Positions 33,401 through 37,255 of a DNA stretch of 37,255 nt are shown piece after piece. A program made the translations under genes and the position numbers. Below the pieces are notes generated by a model, which saw only the letters and a program-made list of their open reading frames with translations, had not been told where the DNA came from and searched no databases. The stretch comes from Trichosphaerium sp. ATCC 40318 (Eukaryota; Protista; Tubulinea): NCBI GenBank assembly GCA_038496445.1, contig JALMLS010000106.1, positions 1 through 37,255 of the forward strand. Reading direction: 5' to 3'. Within the stretch, counting starts at the first letter, position 1. Each line of letters starts with the position of its first letter.

Positions 33401-35691
33401 GCAATTCTGTCAAGCTTAATCATTTCTCTCATATAATCTCGCTTTGATATGTATCCAATATCTTTCAAGTAATACATCTCACCAGCAGCGTATCCAGATT
33501 CAGCAGCTTGTGGAGGGGTTATCCATTCATGCCTAGAGAGTACTTTATTAGCAAAGAAATCAATTGAATTACAAAAAAGAAGAAAAAATTACGAAAGGAA
33601 CAAGTTCAAAAAGAAATATCCTTTCCCACTCTAAAAATGCTATAACTATTATTTTTCTTTCGATATTTCCTTTAAATACACACTATGCTATACGTAGCAT
33701 AGCCAAATTTAAAAATAGAGCGTCAAGTGTAAGAATTGAGTTTACAAAAAAAATAGAAAAAAAGCAGTTTCGATCTTGTTTTAGACATACCACCAACGAT
33801 AGGCATCAACACGTGGATTGACATCTAACACATGATCATCCGCTACATCATGTAATTGACCAGTTCTTAACCGAGCAGGTTTTCCGAGAGGAGTAAAGAC
33901 ACCAAGTGCACGTCTCATCTGACGGAAAGGTTGAATAATAGGATTAGGTAAACCCAATCGACGGAATATTGTATCATCTCTTGGTGGCACATTTCTGAAA
34001 TATGTTGGGTTCTGCAATAAACCAAATCGTTCACCAAGTGTAGGATTGTCTAAAATACGAAAAAGTCAAAAAACGTGCACACAAACGCGAGTAGAATAAA
34101 AAAAAAAAGAAAAAAAAAAAGATCTTCAAATAATAATATGACGTACATATTGGAAGCGTCTGCAATTGATTGTACACATGCCACTTTTGCATTATATCAC
34201 GAGGATGTAATGGATTAAGATCCATCTTATTACCCATTTCATCAACTCGAGGTTGAAGTACATCTCGTCTTATACGCTGTATCTCAGCATAGTGACCTGT
34301 CTTCATCCTAAACCATTCCACTTCACGATCTAATAAAAAGCCATGGATTTAGTACAATTTAACATAGTAATAATCGCGTAACTAAACAACAGGGACATTG
34401 GTAAAGCAAGATATGATCAATGTTAAGGACAGTTTTTCGCTGGAAAAAAAAAAAAGAAGAAACAACACAAACAAAAATTATTGTGACAACTTACCGAAAA
34501 TCTCCGGATACTTCCTTCCAAGAAGATATTTTGAAGGATCTGTTATCTTTACACCATGCTCCAAAAAAAAATCTTGTGTTTGTTTAAACTCTTCTGGAGA
34601 TTTCCATTGTGAAGCTAGACAGAACAGTGTTAAGGGTAATGACTTCCAATAAATAATGATCTTAATTCTTACGTGGAGGTATCATATCTTCTTCTTCTGC
34701 ACCCTCACCCTTTTCTGCCTCTGTTGCTGCAGCATAGTATTCACGTATACCATCTTGAAGGCCCTACAAGGTATTTAAGGTTGATTTAGGAAAAACGCTT
34801 TAAAATCGCTTAAAATCGTTTAAAATATGCACTCTGAGCGTAGTCGCTACTATTTATGCGTGTTGCGTGTGCTAGAGCATTAATCTGATAAAATACGTTT
34901 GGACAAACACGAAAAGTCAAAAATGCTTCGTGCGCCATTTCCTACTTACATCTTCATCTTTTTTTAATCGTTCAGCTCTGGCATCCATAAACTCTTCAGT
35001 CGCGTGGGAACCAGTTTGAAACTCTGAATTCCATTCTGCCTGCTTCTTTTGCGATTCAGGCTAGTTCATACGTGAGATCAAAGGCGAAATAGCGGTATAA
35101 AAGGAGAAATAATGTATACATCGTCATTCACTGCGTATCGCTTTGCTATTGGCTCTCTCGCTCCAAATGATCCATGTACTCCAGGTTCATCGTAATCCAT
35201 GTAATTTGTTAAACGTGGAAGGTCAGGCTCTGGTTTGAACCCAAACTCAGCTTCCATCTCCTCTTCCATCCTTTTTCTAGTCTCCTCATCCTTTTTTCTG
35301 GTATCCTCATCAACGCCAGCGTTCTTTTCTTCGCCTTTATTGTTTTCGTTGTTTTCTTTGGGTCCATCGCAATACCGTCGTACATGGCTATTAGAGGTTG
35401 AATGGTGAGCGATTTAATGAAGTTTGGCAGGAAAGTATACAATTAACGAACAAAAGTCGCGTACGGTGGTAGTGCATTATGTAATGTAGGCTTTCGTATC
35501 AATAACCCGCCTGAACGAGAGCGTAGAATACTGTTTGTTTTTTTAGTGGTTGCATAGTATCTCTGAGTGCTAAGAGGTTAGCGTAAAATAGCTTGGACAG
35601 TAAAATAGCTTTTCCATGCCTTTGATTGCCTAGGGGCGTAATATTGCTTGCCCCTAACAAGGTACGTAAGCCTCGTTAGGGCTCTCGACAT
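30414..35691 (-). CDS. Large multi-exon protein of unknown function, probably mitochondrial, with a central hydrophobic (TM-like) segment and acidic C-terminal region
   Basis: Spliced N-terminus MSRALTRLTTQRYYATTKKTNSILRSRSGG is presequence-like (Arg-rich, no acidic residues). Exons can be joined in frame through VTQSCELNNFTPMQIFYEYC-KFKFWHYDK...GHFPMPIEQKYH to ...PPEEASGTL* (30414). An alternative acceptor near 31928 would instead split it into two genes. Confidence 0.65.
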
Positions 35692-35842
35692 TAGTGAGCT
35701 CAAACAGAAAACTGAAAGAAATGGCTTGATCGCTAATACATTTATACCAACTTAATTGGAGATAATATTACGTCACACGCTGCTATAACTTCAAGAAAAG
35801 GGTTCGTACAAAGAATAGCCAAGTAATCAGATCGGCCAACCA
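35692..35842. promoter_or_regulatory. Putative ~150-bp bidirectional promoter
   Basis: Head-to-head ATGs at 35691 (-) and 35843 (+); both products have presequence-like N-termini. Confidence 0.5.
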
Positions 35843-37255
35843 ATGTTCCTCAAATCGGCTGTGTGGTACCACAATACGCGCAATACCACCAAAACAAAGC
35901 GACCCGCCACGTTCAGAAAGTTTCACTCCCAAAGAGTGCTTAAAATTAAACAAGGCTACACTGACATACACCCGAAGATCAAAAGAGACGGTTTCAGTGT
36001 CGCTAAACGCGAAAAGAGCAAACCTGAACCGTCTGTGCGTGCAGCGGACCTTGCATTGTCTGACAATAGCAGACTAGAAAAGGTGGACAAAATGCGTTTG
36101 GCGTTGGCTAAAAAACAATACGATATGGTAACAGAATTATACCAAAGGTTGCCAATGGATATGAAAACACCAACAACAACATCCATAGCAATAGACGCTT
36201 TATTCAGACAAGGACAGTTGCTTAAAGTTGATTCTTTTTACCAGGCGTATAAAGTGCGTAACCTGGTTTCGTCAGTGCTTCTTTCGGTGATGATTAGGGG
36301 ATACAGGCAAGTCTTATTCGTATTAGCGTTGGTGTTAACCCAACTCCGCTTTTTTTCTTGTTTTTTGAAACTTTTTCTTTGTCTCTCACTATGTGACGGA
36401 TTGTTTGGCCTCTTGTCAGTTATGGTGTACAGTATAGTACAAAACAGAGTATATAACTGACGGTGGTCTAAATTACTGAAAGGACGAGGAAACTATCGTG
36501 CTTTTTTCTTTTTTATTTTTGCTCTTTTTCAGACATCATTAAAAAACGTGCTGAGGTTTTCAATAATCTACACGTCATCTAATAATTTACTTAGCTCCGC
36601 TGGTCGTATCGAACCAGCACTAGAGTTACTAGAAGATGCAAAATCAACTAACACTTTCATAACTAACCAGGTACCTTTTTTTTCCGTTTTTTTTTGAGCT
36701 GCTTTGTTATACTCTAGACGCTCTTGAGGACGTTTAATATATTATTCTAAGCGTTCATCATTTATATAGGCCTTTCATAGTCTATTGGCTGCTCTTTATG
36801 ATAGAGATATGATCACAGAGATTGAAGAAGCTTACAAATGCATGCATATTGTTAAAAGAAAAAATAAAAGAGGATTAGAAAGTGACATAGCAATGTTGCG
36901 GCATTATACAAGGGCTGGGGAAGTTGAAAAAATAGTAAAAGTACGTCGTATAAAAAATAACAACCTCTTTCTGATCAAGGTTGCCTGGAAGCTTCAGCAA
37001 GACGTCTGTCTGTTTTTTTTCTTTCTTTTCTTTAAGTCTATTAAGCCAGTTTTTTTAACTAAGTCATAGTTCTGTGAACCTCTACGTAATGTACCGTTAC
37101 ACAACGTTGCAACCGCTTTATACAAACAAATGGCATTGTCTCTATCTATTTGTGATAGAGAAGCTGGATATTTACTCTACCAACTTTGTCTACAAGCTAA
37201 AGACCTTGTACGTGTTACAAAACAAAAAAAAAAAACCTCTTCAAACTGTTTTTTC
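35843..37255 (+). CDS. Pentatricopeptide-repeat (PPR) protein, probably mitochondrial, 5' part (runs off window end)
   Basis: Basic presequence-like start. PPR-like helices TTSIAIDALFRQGQLLKVDSFY, LLSVMIRGYS-SAGRIEPALELL (across GC-AG intron 36307-36594) and IAMLRHYTRAGEVEKI. Confidence 0.75.

Noticed and set aside
34791-34826. Short ~11-nt tandem repeat (aaaatcgctt-like, three copies)
   Set aside because: Intronic micro-repeat with no further structure or copies seen.

Overview
AT-rich, intron-dense eukaryotic nuclear DNA. Most introns are 40-60 nt, with some GC donors and frequent AAG acceptors; an amoebozoan-like protist is my inference. The ORF track fragments nearly every gene, so gene models were rebuilt by hand from splice sites. 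The dominant feature is a three-copy gene family (A 2924-6963 -, B 18709-22476 +, C 25070-28839 -). Each copy has an ankyrin array, a helical linker, a UBR-box-like zinc finger, a PARP-type ADP-ribosyltransferase domain with an intact H-Y-E triad, and a basic/acidic tail with a coiled coil. Every ankyrin unit is its own 99-nt, phase-1/phase-1 exon (8, 9 and 7 cassettes; 24 in total). The cassettes vary at the ligand-binding positions, show recent tandem duplication, and the three genes are mosaics of one another. This pattern suggests a diversifying sensor-effector (innate-immune-like) system. Between B and C lies a nearly intronless F-box/MORN-repeat gene of a type common in giant viruses. 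Other genes: a D-loop-shortened actin-like protein (partial), a ricin-B lectin, an EGF-containing type I membrane protein, a LamG-BTB-BACK protein, an M14 carboxypeptidase, a GT7C-type glycosyltransferase, a large putative mitochondrial protein and a divergently transcribed PPR protein (partial).
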